A stretch of DNA of 64,000 nucleotides. Origin: Octopus bimaculoides. Its lineage: Eukaryota. A program made the translations under genes and the position numbers. Positions 49,895 through 63,450 of the stretch are shown here, in pieces. The notes beneath the pieces are model-generated. The model saw nothing but the letters and a program-made list of their open reading frames with translations. It did no database searches and was not told where the DNA came from. Location: NCBI RefSeq assembly GCF_001194135.2, contig NC_069001.1, positions 33,005,979 through 33,069,978 of the forward strand, given 5' to 3'. Each line of letters opens with the position of its first letter. Within the stretch, counting starts at the first letter, position 1.

Positions 49895-51075
49895 CTCTAG
49901 AGGATCATTATGCTAATCTTTAGCACATACACTGCTTCAATTTTACTTCTTTATTATTTGTCAATTGGTTAGCTATTCAATCAACCAACTAATCAATTGT
50001 TTGGTTAATCATTCAGTTAATAAATCAATCGTGTTTTGCCAAAGTCCTTTCTTTGCTGTTTGCGACTTCTTCAATGACATTCTCTCTCAACTCCAGGTCA
50101 GCTCCTGAGATACAACAAAATCTGTTTCAACACATGAGCTCACATTAAGAATCTTGGAAACCAAATATAAGATTGAAATATTTCATAGGTTTTTTTCCCA
50201 GATATTCACAGTCCCTACTTTTGAATAAAATGTATAAAAATTAAGGATATTTGGGTTAATATTGTGAAAAGTCACTATTTTAGAGTTTGAATTTAGCTCC
50301 TTTATCCTCAATAAAAATGTTCAGCTTTAAAAGTAGCTGAATAGTCTTCATCTGGTAAAGTTGTTTATTGTATTTTTATTAGTGCATTGTTTGGTTCTGA
50401 TGGGAGCATGAAAGAAATCTAAAGTTGTGAAAATAGAAATTAAAAGAAAGAATACAAGCTGGCATCTGCCATATTCTTTGATATCAAACTTCTCTAACAT
50501 CTTGGCATATACTGAACTTATCTAACTTTGTCCTATTCATAGTCTTTGTTCTTCCTCCTAAAAACCTCAGCAGTGTGATTAAATCACTATTGTAGCTTCT
50601 CTCTGCTCTCTAGCTTTATTCATAAATGAACAGCAGCATTCTAGGGTAAATTTCCACTCTCCATTCATAGTTCAGTCACTCACTATTTTCTTATTTACTC
50701 TTACAAGTGTAATCAATATATACAAAAAAGATAACCCTTAATTGTCAGTTTTGAAACTGATCTAAATAATGTCCATGTTTTAACTCTTTATTAACAAATC
50801 TCGTTGGATTATTTTAAGGAAATACTTTAACTTTTTTTCCTCAGTACTAGTGAAAAATAATTTTGGGTAAATATTTGAAGCAAATTATCATCTTAAAATA
50901 TAAGCGTACTCTGATAATAGTTACTAGGACAACCTGGTTCCCCTTCTTTAAAAAATTTTTTTTTTAGTTTACAATCAAATTTAACATTCCTTTTCTTTGC
51001 TAATCCAGAATACACTTTTGTACTTTTTTTCTTGCATGCATAGATGACCAGTACTTTGATATAACTCTTGGATTT

Positions 51076-51158
51076 AAGGTAGCAAGCTGGCAGAATTATT
51101 AACATGCTGGGTAAAATATTTATCAACATTTCTTCTATCTTTACATTTTGAGTTCAAA
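51076..51158 (+). mobile_element. SINE family B head fragment
   Basis: aaggtagcaagctggcagaattattaacatgctggg...gagttcaaa. Confidence 0.7.
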
Positions 51159-51390
51159 GCTTTCAATTGAGCTCTGGTCTTCACCTACCATTTTGATTAC
51201 TGCAGCTGCTCCTCCAACCTTACTGACTACAAAACATCCTCAGCTAAACCACTTTGATGTACCATCTTGTCCTACTGCTATCACTTCTACTGTGTCTTAT
51301 TCTTCTGTTTCTGATCTAAAATTTTACTCAATTTTTTGCCACAGAACTGAATTCCTAAAGAAACCTTTTCTTTTGAAATAAGTAAAGCTG

Positions 51391-51598
51391 AATATTGGTT
51401 TCAAATTTTGGCACAAGGCCAGCAATTTTGGGGGAGGGGTTAAATCAATTACATTGACCCCAGTGTTCAACTGGTACTTATTTTATTGACTGTGGAAGGG
51501 TGAAAGGCAAAGTCGACCTCTGCAGAACTTGAAAATGGATGAAATACCGATAAACCTTTTGCTTGGTATGCTAACAATTCTGCCAGCTTGCTACCTTA
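51391..51598 (-). mobile_element. SINE family B
   Basis: Homologous to 19845-20072. Confidence 0.85.
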
Positions 51599-53029
51599 AT
51601 GAAGCTGAATATTAACAACACTAACCATAACTAATTCTTTATCAAAGTCTAGAAGGGCCTGAAAATGCTATGGGCTTTCTGACTTATAAGAAAATATATT
51701 AGCATTGCACTAAATCAGTTTTACTTCATGACATTCAGGCGTTAAGGTTTTCAGAGTCAAGCATATCAATTTGTATTCTTTTGTAATGATCTAACCATAA
51801 TTCCTCATTTCTTGAAAACAAATATGTCAAGTCACTGGTGTGTATATTAATTCTGACCACGTTCTGTCAGATCTGAAAATGAATATGATAACCTGTTGTA
51901 TTTTGCTGTGGGAGAACGTGTTCTCCCTTCAGACGATGTTTGTTGATGGTACACTCCATTCAATGTGCATGTGTGTGCGGGGGACTTTGATGTGAAGAAA
52001 GGTGTCTAGTATGTTTGTCTCCTACTTTAACTATTTGTAAATATCATTTATTTTTGGTGTGATTTAAGGTACAAGGGCTGCTATTCTTCTGTGATTTTCT
52101 TCACAGAGGGATAACTTTAACGATTGAAATTGTCAATGTTGTCGCTATAGTTTGATAGATTTGGCTTCTGGAAGTTAAATATCATACTACTGAAAGGACA
52201 TGAACTCTTCGTTCGTTTGTAGATTGACAAACTATTAATGTTTTCTGTTGTACAGTTAGTATTACGCAGGAAGAAAGACTAAAATTAAGAGATATACACA
52301 AATTTAAATAAGAACCGTTACGAAAGATATTCAAGGTAGCTAATTCTATTATTAAATGAAAAGAGTTATTTCCCTTGCCAGGGAATTGATTATTATTTTT
52401 CTTATAATACGTGTGTTTCTAGTATATAAGCATTCAGATTACATATACTTAATTTTGATTAGGATTGCTGCCAATCGAAAGGATAATTATTTTGGATTCC
52501 GAGTGAAATCAACTTTGCAGTTTTGGTTAGAATCACTTAGTAGTTTCCTTGGAAAGCTTGATTATTACAATCTTTTCGTTTTCCTCTCTCTAAAGCATAG
52601 TAGCTATGCTTAAAATGGTTTTTGTTGTTATCTGTTTGATCATTAAAATGCAGTTACAAATTGCTATTCTGCTCAAATAACCTTGAGAAAAGCATGACTA
52701 TAATAATCAAATTTCTAAGTAATCAGTTTTTTACATTTCAGTTATCTCAAAAGCTTGGATCAGTTTTGATCAACATTGATTGATCTGTACAAATAATTTG
52801 CTGAGAGTTTGTGATGCTAAAACATTGGTATGAATGTAATGTTGCTTTCTCTTTGTTTATTTCAATAGCAATAGGAATTTCTTCAGCAAGTGTATGTAAT
52901 GAAGCTTAATTATTCTAATGATAGAAACAGTAAAGAGAATTGCAAAAACTTACTTGAAACTATTGTTATACAGGCATACCTCACCCTACGTCATTAATTG
53001 GTTCCAGGAGACACGACTTAAGTCGAATT

Positions 53030-53622
53030 AACTTGTCTCTAGGCTATAGAGATGTCAATAGCAGTTTTCCTTGCTTGGTGGCTGTGGTGAAAGAGGTTGT
53101 TAAGTGGACAAGGTTGAAAGGCATGAGGACAGATACATTCCTCTTTGCTTAGAGCTCTCATTGATTTCTTCAAGTTTCACTTGAAAAGGAAATTGAGAGT
53201 GGAGAGGGAAGCGCTGTCCTCGAGTGAGTTTATTGAAAGGTGGGTGAAAGTTGCAAAAATGACAAGAGTGGATCTAAGTGTAGATCTGTGAGTTGGAGAG
53301 AAGGAATTGGAGAGGGCACTTGCCCTTGGTGTTCAGGGAAATCTTGGACAGTAGGGTTCCTCAATTTTCCCTAGAGGTCTTCCTGTATCAGGAGGTCGTT
53401 ATGTCTATCATCCTCCCGCCACCTTCTTTTCTTTTTTTTTTAACCTTTGTGTGCTATGTATATATCCCTTCTTTTCTGTGTATACTTACTTTCCTTTTTT
53501 TTTTAACATTTCATTATATGTAAACCCCCACACTTTATGTCTGTCTTTGTATTGTCCACCCTCATCCTTTACCCTTGTGGCAAATAAATGAAATTATCAT
53601 TATTATTATTATTATTATTATT
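53030..53622 (+). mobile_element. L1/Tx1-clade LINE 3' end (ORF2 C-terminus, 3' UTR, (ATT)n tail)
   Basis: AVVKEVVKWTRLKGM...LIDFFKFHLKRKLRVERE...FIERWVKVAKM*, then T-rich UTR, aataaa and (ATT)n. Confidence 0.75.
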
Positions 53623-53850
53623 ATGGTGAGCTAGCAGAATTGTTAACACACCAGACAAACTGTTTGGTGGGATTGCATCTGTCTTTACATTCTGAGTTAA
53701 ATTCTGCTGAGATCAACTTTGCTTTTCATCTGTTTGGGGTTGATAAAATAAGTACCAGTTGAGCACTGGGGTCAATGTAATCGACTTACTCTCTATCCTA
53801 AACTTACTGGCCTTGTGCCAAAATTTGAAACCATTATAATAATAATGATA
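53623..53850 (+). mobile_element. SINE family B with (AAT)n tail, about 100 bp upstream of exon 4
   Basis: ggtgagctagcagaattgttaac...ggggttgataaaataagtaccagtt...ccttgtgccaaaatttgaaacc. Confidence 0.88.
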
Positions 53851-53949
53851 ATAATAATAATGATAATAATACTCAGTTATCATTTCAGTTACAAGAAATC
53901 CATCTCAACTGGTAAACTGACTTTAGTTTTATAAATTTACTTTTTGCAG

Positions 53950-54086
53950 AACACGATCCTGATATCTTATCAAGTCCAACAAATGAATCACATTTCCAAA
54001 AACGAAAACGGAGAGGAAGACAAGTACTCTTTAATCTTTCAAAACAGTTTAAGTCCAGTAGGAAAAAGATGTCCCAGTTAGACAAG
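53950..54086 (+). CDS. Elk: KCNH/Elk-like exon 4, post-PAS linker: (E)HDPDILSSPTNESHFQKRKRRGRQVLFNLSKQFKSSRKKMSQLDK
   Basis: TTTACTTTTTGCAG acceptor, AAG|GTCAGC donor, 137 nt, open in the phase-1 frame expected from exon 3. RKRRGRQVLFNLS resembles the Elk linker motif RRRSRAVLYxLS (recalled). Confidence 0.8.
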
Positions 54087-54600
54087 GTCAGCCATCTTTA
54101 TATTACTTATTGGTCCATAAGAGTGTGTTTACTAATGAGATATTAATTTTTCAGGTTTTCATTCACTGTGAGTTGAGGGTATTATAATGCTATCTACTCA
54201 CAATTTTATTATACTGACTAATCTCAGTTCCAGACATCAAATGAATGCAAATAAAAACAAAAAATGTATAAGATAACATTATTGAGTGACAATTTCCAAC
54301 ATGTTGAGTTTGTGGTCTTGTTTTCATTTTTATCTGAGGTAGTTACATGTTGCTGTGAGCCTCCCATATTTCATAATATAGAGAAATACAGGCTTCATTG
54401 GACTGGCTTGTCATTGTCATGCTAGATGAAGACAAAAATGGTATTCCAGTGACTCAGTGAAACACATCTACTTATTAGAACTTGTTTTGACATTAGTGTC
54501 AAAGCAAGAGAGATTATGAGAAATATTTAATCCATGTCTTTTAATTTTACATTTATTTCTTATTAAGACAAAAAGGAAAATGTCCTGATAAAATGGATTC

Positions 54601-55010
54601 TTCTATCTTTTACTTGTTTCAGTCATTAGACTGAAGGCAGTGCTCCAGCCATGCTGGAGCACTGCCTTGAACATTTTTTCAGTTGGACAAACTGACCCAG
54701 TACTTATTATGTTTTTGTAAAGCCTGGCATTTATTCTATCAGTCTCTTTTGCCAAACTGCTAAATTATGGGGATGTAAACACAACGGCACCAGTTGTCAA
54801 GGGGTACTGGGGGACAGACACAAACACTACCCCCCCCCCCCACACAAACATACAATAGTCTTCTTTCAGTTTCTGTCTATCAAATCCATTCACAAAGCTT
54901 TGATCGGCCCGAGGCTATAGTAGAAGACACTTGCCCAAGGTGCCATGCAGTGGGACTGAACATAGAACCATGTGGTTGGAAAGCAAACTTCTTACCACAC
55001 AGTGAAGCCT
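54601..55010 (-). mobile_element. SINE family A, full length
   Basis: Same modules as 22545-22940. Confidence 0.88.
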
Positions 55011-55566
55011 GTACCTGTATATACTCACATATAAATATACCACCACCATCTTCAACAGGATTCATGCCTCAATTATAAATATCCAGAATCACAATTATCT
55101 CCCTGTAGATTTAAATTTAAATACAGGTGGATAACTTATCATTAAAATAATACATAAAACTCTTGCTTTATGCAAGAAAGTAAAATAATAAGCTTATTGT
55201 ATACAGCACTCAGGTATACTACAACTCATCAAAAAGGTTTAAAAGAATAGACAGAAAACACGTATACAAGGAAGAAATGACAGCAACGAAAGCTAGAAGT
55301 ATATACACACTGGCTAGAATAAATAGACAGAAAAGTGAACATTAAAGGCGTCATAAAGAGAAACGCTTTTTAGCAAGTTTCAGTAAATAGAATTAACACA
55401 TAAATCATATGTAAAGTAACATATATTTGTGTGGAATTAAATTGTTTTGGCATATTTAAGCATGTGCTAAATGAATGATGCTGTTATATTAGATCATTTT
55501 AAATTTCAGTATATTTGAAAAAGTAAGGAAACGTCATTCCCACGTGTTCTCACAGCACCAGACTTT

Positions 55567-55578
55567 TGTGTGTGTGTG

Positions 55579-55641
<63 letters not shown>
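55567..55641. repeat. (TG)n microsatellite
   Basis: Direct reading. Confidence 0.95.
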
Positions 55642-55643
<2 letters not shown>

Positions 55644-56349
55644 ATACCTCCCTCCCTCCATCCATCCATCTATTTATCTAGCTATTTATCTATGCACACC
55701 TATGTAAGTTCTACCAATTATTAATGATAAATATATATAACAGATTGACTCTTTAAAAAAAAAAAAGATTATGACTGATAAAATAATGAAAGCAATATTT
55801 ACTAAGCAAGGGAGCACTGATATACAAAGAAATAATTAGATGTAAAATATAAAAATTATTAGAATTGGGAATTAAATGTGGAAACATTATCAAGGAGGCC
55901 GGTATTTCTGCTAGCCACTTGATATATATTGTACATGCTGCTACATAACACATTCTTTTTAACTGTTTGTATTTTAATGGTTTATTATTTCCTATGTTGT
56001 TGAATACTAATTTTTCGTGAATACCTATTCTTGATATATTCCATTAAGGGTCTAAAATGATTTTCCCTGTCTCTCTGAAACAGCAAGGTATAATTCCTAA
56101 ACTGATTGGGCTGATGATGGCCTTGCATTGTGTTCTTGAGCAAAACACTTCCTCTCACATTGCTCTGCAATCACTTTTGACACCTGATTTGTGGTACATT
56201 GTGCACCTGTTTAGACAATATTGATGGAGAGAGTTAGCTAATATGCTACACAAACATTTGATCACTATACACAAATCATTTCTGCAGGTCATTCAACAAA
56301 AGTTGAACACTCATATGTTGTCTTCAATAGGAGAGTCCATCATCATCAT

Positions 56350-56386
<37 letters not shown>

Positions 56387-56539
56387 TTTCTGGTGTTATA
56401 TTTATTTTTCCTGAAGATGTGTAAAGAAATTTTGATTTATTAAGTCTCTTAATGAATTCTTTATACTGAAATATATATTGAAGAAGATAAATATGTTCAT
56501 TTAAATATATACGTTTTTGCGTCGTAACTCCTTTATTAT

Positions 56540-56588
<49 letters not shown>

Positions 56589-58310
56589 TGAAACTCATAC
56601 ATGCAATTCTGAGCAGGCCTCACACTGTTATTACACTGACTGAACTCATTTCCATATATCAAATGTGTGCAGATGTATGCAAAATGAATAAGTGAATGAA
56701 TAAATAAATAAAATAAAAATGCAATAAAATAAAATGAAGTAATAAAGAAAGAAAGAATAAAAGCTATAATGCAAACGGTATTGGATATAGGTTACTCAAC
56801 AGATACTTGGCATTAATTGTTAATCTCATTTCAATGAATGAATTACGAGGAAACAATGCCCCCATGACCAATCGCCTGTAATCAAACAATGAAAAACAGA
56901 AACTATAATTGATTAATTACATCTTAATCTTTCACCAAAATACTCAAGTCCTAAAGCTGCTGTAGAAGTAGTAGTAGTGACAATATGGGTAGTAGTGATG
57001 CTATCCTGGTGGCGTTTTGGTTATGGTGCTACTAGTTGTGTTGTGGGTGTGCTCTGCATGATAGTGTTGCTGATAGTGGCTTTGGATGAGGGTAGCATTA
57101 GTGGTTGTTGTCCGTAGATTATATTTAGTAGATGTTGTAGCGATGATGTGGTGATAATTAAGTTGTGGTTATATTGTTAGAATAATGATGTAGTTGTCGC
57201 ATCAAGTTCGGTTCATGCTGGAGCATTTTTAGTAGCAGAGAGACGTTGGTGGTAGTGGTGGTGAAGCAGAGGTTATACTGCTCTTAGTTGTCATGATGAA
57301 AAATAATAGGCTGAGTTTTACAACCATACAAAATGTTTTGACCTGTTTGCATAGTGTAAAGGATTGACCGAGAAGCATTGAATGGAGCAAGAATGCTGTG
57401 TATTACTGGTATTTACTGACTCTGGAAGGATGGAACCATAATGAACATTCATAGGATTTATATAGGACTAGCTTCCAGTTTAGCATTTTATTGTCTTGGA
57501 TATCTTAATTACCTTCAACAAGTCTAACAACAAAATCTTAATAATAATAATAATAATAATAATAATATTCAACAAAACCTGTAACAAACGAAATAGATGT
57601 GCCTTTCAAACACAATTCCTATGGTCCTCTGATATTTTTGGCATCATGAGGATTTAAATAATAATGATATCAACCAATTTGGTCTTAAAATTAGGTGGTG
57701 AAATGAGCAAGATATGAGAATTTAGTTTTTCTTTCAAGTATAAACAGTTAAGAAACAGTTGAGAAATGTAAAATAAGTGATAACAGCAGCAACAGCAGTA
57801 ATAAATAGTTCAACTTTAATATAGGGATCAAATAATAATATTATTGATAATTTCTGAACCAGGTTTGAATTCTTAGGCAAGCAGAGTTAAGTATCTTGCA
57901 TTGAGATACAGCACAATGTCTGCAATAGAATTCAAGCTGACAAACCTAGGAACCAGGATTCCAGAATCTTATGCATTTAACCATTATAATTTTCAACCAG
58001 GCATTGGTTGGCATAAAAACATAAGGACACTTTATAATTCTTATTATAATGATTGATTTAGAATTAAAGTGGTTGTAGTTAAAAATTATCATAATGTATC
58101 AATTCAAGAAACGCAGTGTTGTGGATCCTACCCAAAATGTTATTGGGATGATGGATGAAATTGTAAGTATAATGGTTATATTTTATACATACATGTGTGC
58201 ATTTTCTATAGTGAATATAATAGTCATATTATATTGTATTCTATATATGTATATATGTTTACACCAGTGAGCACAATGCATTAGTGTGTGTGTGTGTGTG
58301 TGTGTGTGTG

Positions 58311-58470
58311 CAGACATAGATGTATGGTTGAGAAGTTCTTTTTCCAGCCATGTGATTTCAGGTTCAGTCCTACTGTGTGGCACTGAGCTATAGCCGCTAT
58401 AGCCTCAGAACAGCCAAAGTCTTGTGGGTGATTTGATAGATGGAAACTGAAGGAGGACTGTCATATGTAT
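58311..58470 (+). mobile_element. SINE family A head/core
   Basis: ggttcagtcctactgtgtggcac...gccaaagtcttgtggg...tggaaactgaagg. Confidence 0.75.
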
Positions 58471-58780
58471 ATATATATATATGCATGCATGTGTGTGTGT
58501 GTGTGTGTGTTAACATCTGCAATTGATTGTACAAAAGTGCAGTGGTTGGTATTGTCAGTTTCTCCCATTAACAAAGTATTTTGTGCCTTTGAAGCCATGT
58601 GGAATAAGTGACCCCTTACTTGAAAAACAAATAAGGGTTAGCATCAGGTAGCGGGTGGGTTCCATAGGCATATACTCTTTTATTGTAAGGCTCATGTTGA
58701 ATTATCCTGACATAGTATATGACAAGGCTGGAACTTTGAATTATAAATAAGCTACCTACACAGTATCCTTCTACCTAGTT

Positions 58781-58892
58781 TTACTCACAAAGCTTAGATC
58801 AATCTGAGTTTATGGTAAAAGATACTTGCCCAAGATGCCAGTCAGTGGAACCATTCCTATGACTGCATGATTGTGATTAGAACTTCTTAACC
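58781..58892 (-). mobile_element. Degraded SINE family A
   Basis: actcacaaagctt...gatacttgcccaagatgcca. Confidence 0.6.
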
Positions 58893-59529
58893 TTTCACTC
58901 ATAACAACATTGATTTAATAATGAATTACCATGCAGTTCATTGCATGCGTATGTGTGTGTGTGTGTGTGCGCCCATGTGTGTGTGTGTGAGATCAAAGCA
59001 GCTAGAATATACATATATCCTTAAATGTCAGTGTTTGTGGTATACAATGTATAGCTAAAGTGTATATAAGTGAAACATGCGCATGTTTGTTTGCCCTTCT
59101 GTATTTAAACATAGTTATAGATACGTATTTATGTGTGCATATCCTGTACCCATGTAATTTAACCACTACTACCTTAAGTTTCATAAACAAAATTAGAAGC
59201 GGTTTTTGTATATATGTGCATGTGAACGTAACTTTATGAGAGCTAGTGTATTTATGTTTACATGTATTTAAAATATGTATATACAAGTTTATGACAAGCG
59301 TATGTGTATGTAAGGAAGATTAAGTCGTTGTATTAATAGCCTTCTCTCCATTATCATCGTTGTTTTAACCTCCACTCCATATATATGCATATGTTCACTA
59401 ATTGATGTAGATGTACTAATTATGGACAGGTGCTCCACTGCATGTACATATGCACACACATGCATACAGACACACATTATAGACATACACCCACCACCAC
59501 CACCACCACCACCACACACACACATAATC

Positions 59530-59697
59530 CTTTCTGCTATAGGCACAAGGCCTGAAATTTTGGGGAGGGGTAAGTCGATTACATCAACCCTAGTATTCAA
59601 CTGGTACCTAATTTATCGACCCTGAAAGGATGAAAAGCAAAGTCGACCTCGGCAGAATTTGAACTCAGAACGTAGCAGCAGACGAAATATTGCTAAG
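59530..59697 (-). mobile_element. SINE family B (head truncated)
   Basis: aggcacaaggcctgaaattttggggagggg...aaggatgaaaagcaaagtcgacctcggcagaatttgaactcagaacg. Confidence 0.88.
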
Positions 59698-59869
59698 ACA
59701 CACACACATATAATGTGTGTAATATATAACTGTGTGTGTATATGTGTGTATACACTCACATACATTTATATATGTATATATGTGTATGCATACATGTATA
59801 TGAGGTACCCATTTATTCATATACATGCACGCAGTACTTCCTGCAGTATATACACAAATGGGCACCTTG

Positions 59870-60728
59870 TCCAACCTCCTCTAAACATTTCTTCCCACCT
59901 CACCCATAATTTCTCTCACTGCGACTACTCCACCCCTTGAAACCATCCTATTTTTCTTGCTACCTGGAACCATGTCACTTGTTAGATATTCTTCATTCAT
60001 TCATTATTGTTCTCCTCACCCACATCTTACAGTGATAGTCCCACCAACCACACTGAACTACCAAATTATCTCCCCTAATGCACTACTCCTGCCTCTTTCC
60101 CCATCAGGTGTCATGTCTCCCTTGTTCCCCTTTTGTCAACTGTATTATATTTACTGTTTCTATTTGACACCACCCATATGTTTCTCTCTCCTAATCTTAT
60201 TTACATCCCTCTATTTTTCCCAACTCACACACCATTACTCATCCATCATTCCCTACATCCACCCTTCAACCCTACCCATCTTTAACATTCTTGCTTACCT
60301 CCCAACCCCCCATCTCTTGCTCCCTCCCCATTTTTGCAATCCCCTCCTACCCACACTCCTAGTTCCTCTGTCTTAATGCACTTCTACTCATCTCATACCT
60401 TGAGGAGACACTTAGGCTTGCAGCTCCTACTGATCATTCTCTCTCTCTCTCCTAAATCTGATTAACCATGTAGATCCTCTACTACAGAACCTTCTTGCCT
60501 CTCCCTTTATCCTGCCCTCCTTTCACACTCTTATGTCTCATCTCCTCCTATAACTCTGCATTTTTTTCCTGGTTTTGTGGTCTTGCAAGCTGCATGGTGA
60601 CTTCACTATTGCTGGTGGCAAGAAAAAATGCACCCAGTACATACTGTAAAGTAGTTTGCACTAGGAAGGGTATCCAGCCGTAGAAATCATGCTAAAGCAG
60701 ACAATGTAGCTGAATGTAGCCCTTGGAC
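59870..60728 (+). mobile_element. Pyrimidine-rich repeat with RTE-like 3' tail
   Basis: CT-rich body, then ggtgacttcact...gcacccagtacatactgtaaagt...ggaagggtatccagccgtagaaa. Confidence 0.55.
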
Positions 60729-62700
60729 ACCTTACTTGCTTCATTTTCGTGATTTGTTCTATGTATTGTTGGACAGGACCTGATAGTGTATTTGTGTTTT
60801 GTTAGGGGATCATTCTGGCATAGTTTCAAAAATGCACAACTGTTGTGTCCTGGATTGTGTACTTGCCAAATAGCTGTTGTTTAATTGAAGTAAGCCTTTT
60901 GGCCACTTTTCAAATGAACAGCAAATTATTGAATGCTGATATCTTGTTTCTGCTGGATTTGAGCAATTTCCCCACAGCTGTTTTGTTTTGTTGGAGAAAA
61001 TATCACAGCTTCAGATCCCTCATTAAAATACTAGAAAACATGTTTGATGGACTGTATTTACTTACAGAATTCAGCATTAATAAGTTCATTGAATACATCA
61101 GTTAGGTGCGAGCAGTAGGGATCTATTTATCTATTGTCAATTACATGCTGTACAAACAAGGCTCAAAAGTCTTCATCCTTTGGTACTCTTCTGTAAAAGG
61201 GCTAGCTGTCTTTATTTGTTTGATGTTTCTTTGGCAAATGATCTTGGAAACCATTTCATGCATTTGTTGTATTCCATGCAAGGTGAATTCCTGTTGTGAG
61301 AATTGAGTACCAAAGGGTCTATTATTTTCATTATTGGCAATTCAGAACTCCAAGATAGATTCAGGTTCCAGTGTTTGCTCAAAATTTCTGATGTATTTGT
61401 TCTTTGCATGGGCTATCACATACACACACTCACAAGCACATACACACACATTTGATCTTTCATTTGCCAGTTATTTTTGTCCTCCACCAGCTCAGTTATT
61501 AATAAAAAATATCTTATTTTAGATAATTCCAAAATTCATGAGGAATTTAGTGCACAGAAAGTTTGCATCAGGAATCTGTCACCAGTCCTCTTTTATCTAT
61601 TAGAATGCTTGAAAATATAACACAAGATTTCAAAACCATTTGTTTTGGAGAGGGTTTTCCATATAGATAACTTTGTCTGTTGAAGTGTTGCAGCAGTCGT
61701 TCTTAAGCTGCCATCTTAATTTAGTCTAAAATTGGAAAGACCAAAGTGCTAATTACTAAGAGGAGGTGCAAAATCTTAGTTAAATCTGTGAAAAAGCCCT
61801 GGTTGATATGAAGAATGGAAGTTAGTATTGAGCAGAAAATTTGCTATGACAGTATTTCTTCTTCAGCAACTCAGTGCTGAATCTGTTTGAGATGGAATGA
61901 AAAATAGGTCAGTTTCAAAACACTGATGCCCAGATCAGAAAAGCAAAGTTTGAAGGGAATAGTTATCAATTCCTTTGATTTCTAATTAGAAGCAAATAGG
62001 TAATAACACTTACTGACCAAGGAACAAAAATAGTTACACAGTGTTATTGATACTTATGTTATTTTATTGACTCCAGATATAAAAAGTAGGTGGGGTTTGA
62101 GCACAGAATGTAAAGAGACATGACTAAAGATGCAAGTCAGTAATTATTTCCACCACACCACAACTGTTTTTAGTAACAACAAAAGTAATTATTCAGTGAA
62201 TGTTGATGAACTGACATTTTCCATTGATTTATTATTTGGTTTGTCTGCTCTCTCTGCGTTTCTCTTGCTAATCCAGCCAGTCATTTGCCTCGACTTTATA
62301 TTTTACTTTTTCCTCCTTCTGAGTACATAATCTCTACCTGATAATGCTAGACACCTTCCTTCTTTCTTCTCCTCTTTCTCTTTCCACATGTACACACATA
62401 CTTTCACATCTACACATGCACTCTGTCTGTCTGTCTCACAACTTTTTAGTTTATACTCTCATCTTTTTCTCTGTTGCTGCTATTATCTCTCTCTCTCTTT
62501 CTCTCTCTCTCTCTTTTCACTCCTGTTCTCTTTCATTTCCTTCCTATTTAATCACCCATCTTTCCTTCGCCTTCTCTGACATCGTTCCTTGACTACCTCC
62601 TAATATCTTAAATATATACCATCACTGTTGCTGCTTTTGGGTTAGAAAAAACTGTTGATACACTTCCAGTCAGAAACATGTTTGATATGTGTGCGCTAGA

Positions 62701-62766
<66 letters not shown>

Positions 62767-62850
62767 GTAACATTTGTTTTCTATGCTGGTGGCATGGGTT
62801 GAATGGTTTGACATTGTGGCAAGACAAAAGGCTGTACAGAGCTTCCATGT
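62701..62850 (-). repeat. (CAT)22 microsatellite forming the expanded tail of an RTE-type 3' end
   Basis: Perfect CAT run 62701-62766, followed by ...tttctatgctgg..gcatgggttg. Confidence 0.9.
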
Positions 62851-63411
62851 CAAAAGCTGGGTCAACAGATCCACTTGTTCAAAATTACCAACAATAGCTG
62901 ATCATTTGCACTATAATTCCGTCACTTGACATACTCCTAGAGATACCAGATTCACTAATAAAACCACACACCTGGCTATAAGTGATTCAGTTGTTTTATG
63001 TTCCCAGCAGTAACAAATTCATCAGCACCATATAACCATCAATGGCAAATATCACTCACATCACTCCGAACGGTAACAAATTCACATATACCGCATTTCT
63101 ACACCAAATTCACCTGCCCTATACTCCTGACAATAATAGATCACTTGTACCACACACACACATCATTTGTACCTCATCTCTGACAATAATAGATGTTAAT
63201 CCTCACTAGGCCTTTCATGAAGTTTAGCCAGGTTTTCATATTCCCACCAGAATATAGGGCAAACATTGTAAATGAGATACATCTATCATCTCAATCACTT
63301 GGCATGAAACTAATGGTAGCTTTGTTAACCCACAAATAAAGAATATTCATCCACCAATGTGGTTTTGAGCACTCATTCTCACTGTCCAATATTAGTGTGT
63401 ATATGTGTGCA

Positions 63412-63450
<39 letters not shown>

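Noticed and set aside
51910-51935. Hairpin gggagaac-gt-gttctccc next to CTGAAG on the minus strand
   Set aside because: Possibly a decayed Penelope hammerhead, but the GAAA and cleavage triplet are absent.
60780-61100. Possible piggyBac transposase relic on the minus strand (MFSSILMRD.., ISI..)
   Set aside because: Only vague motif echoes needing several frameshifts; cannot be supported without a search.
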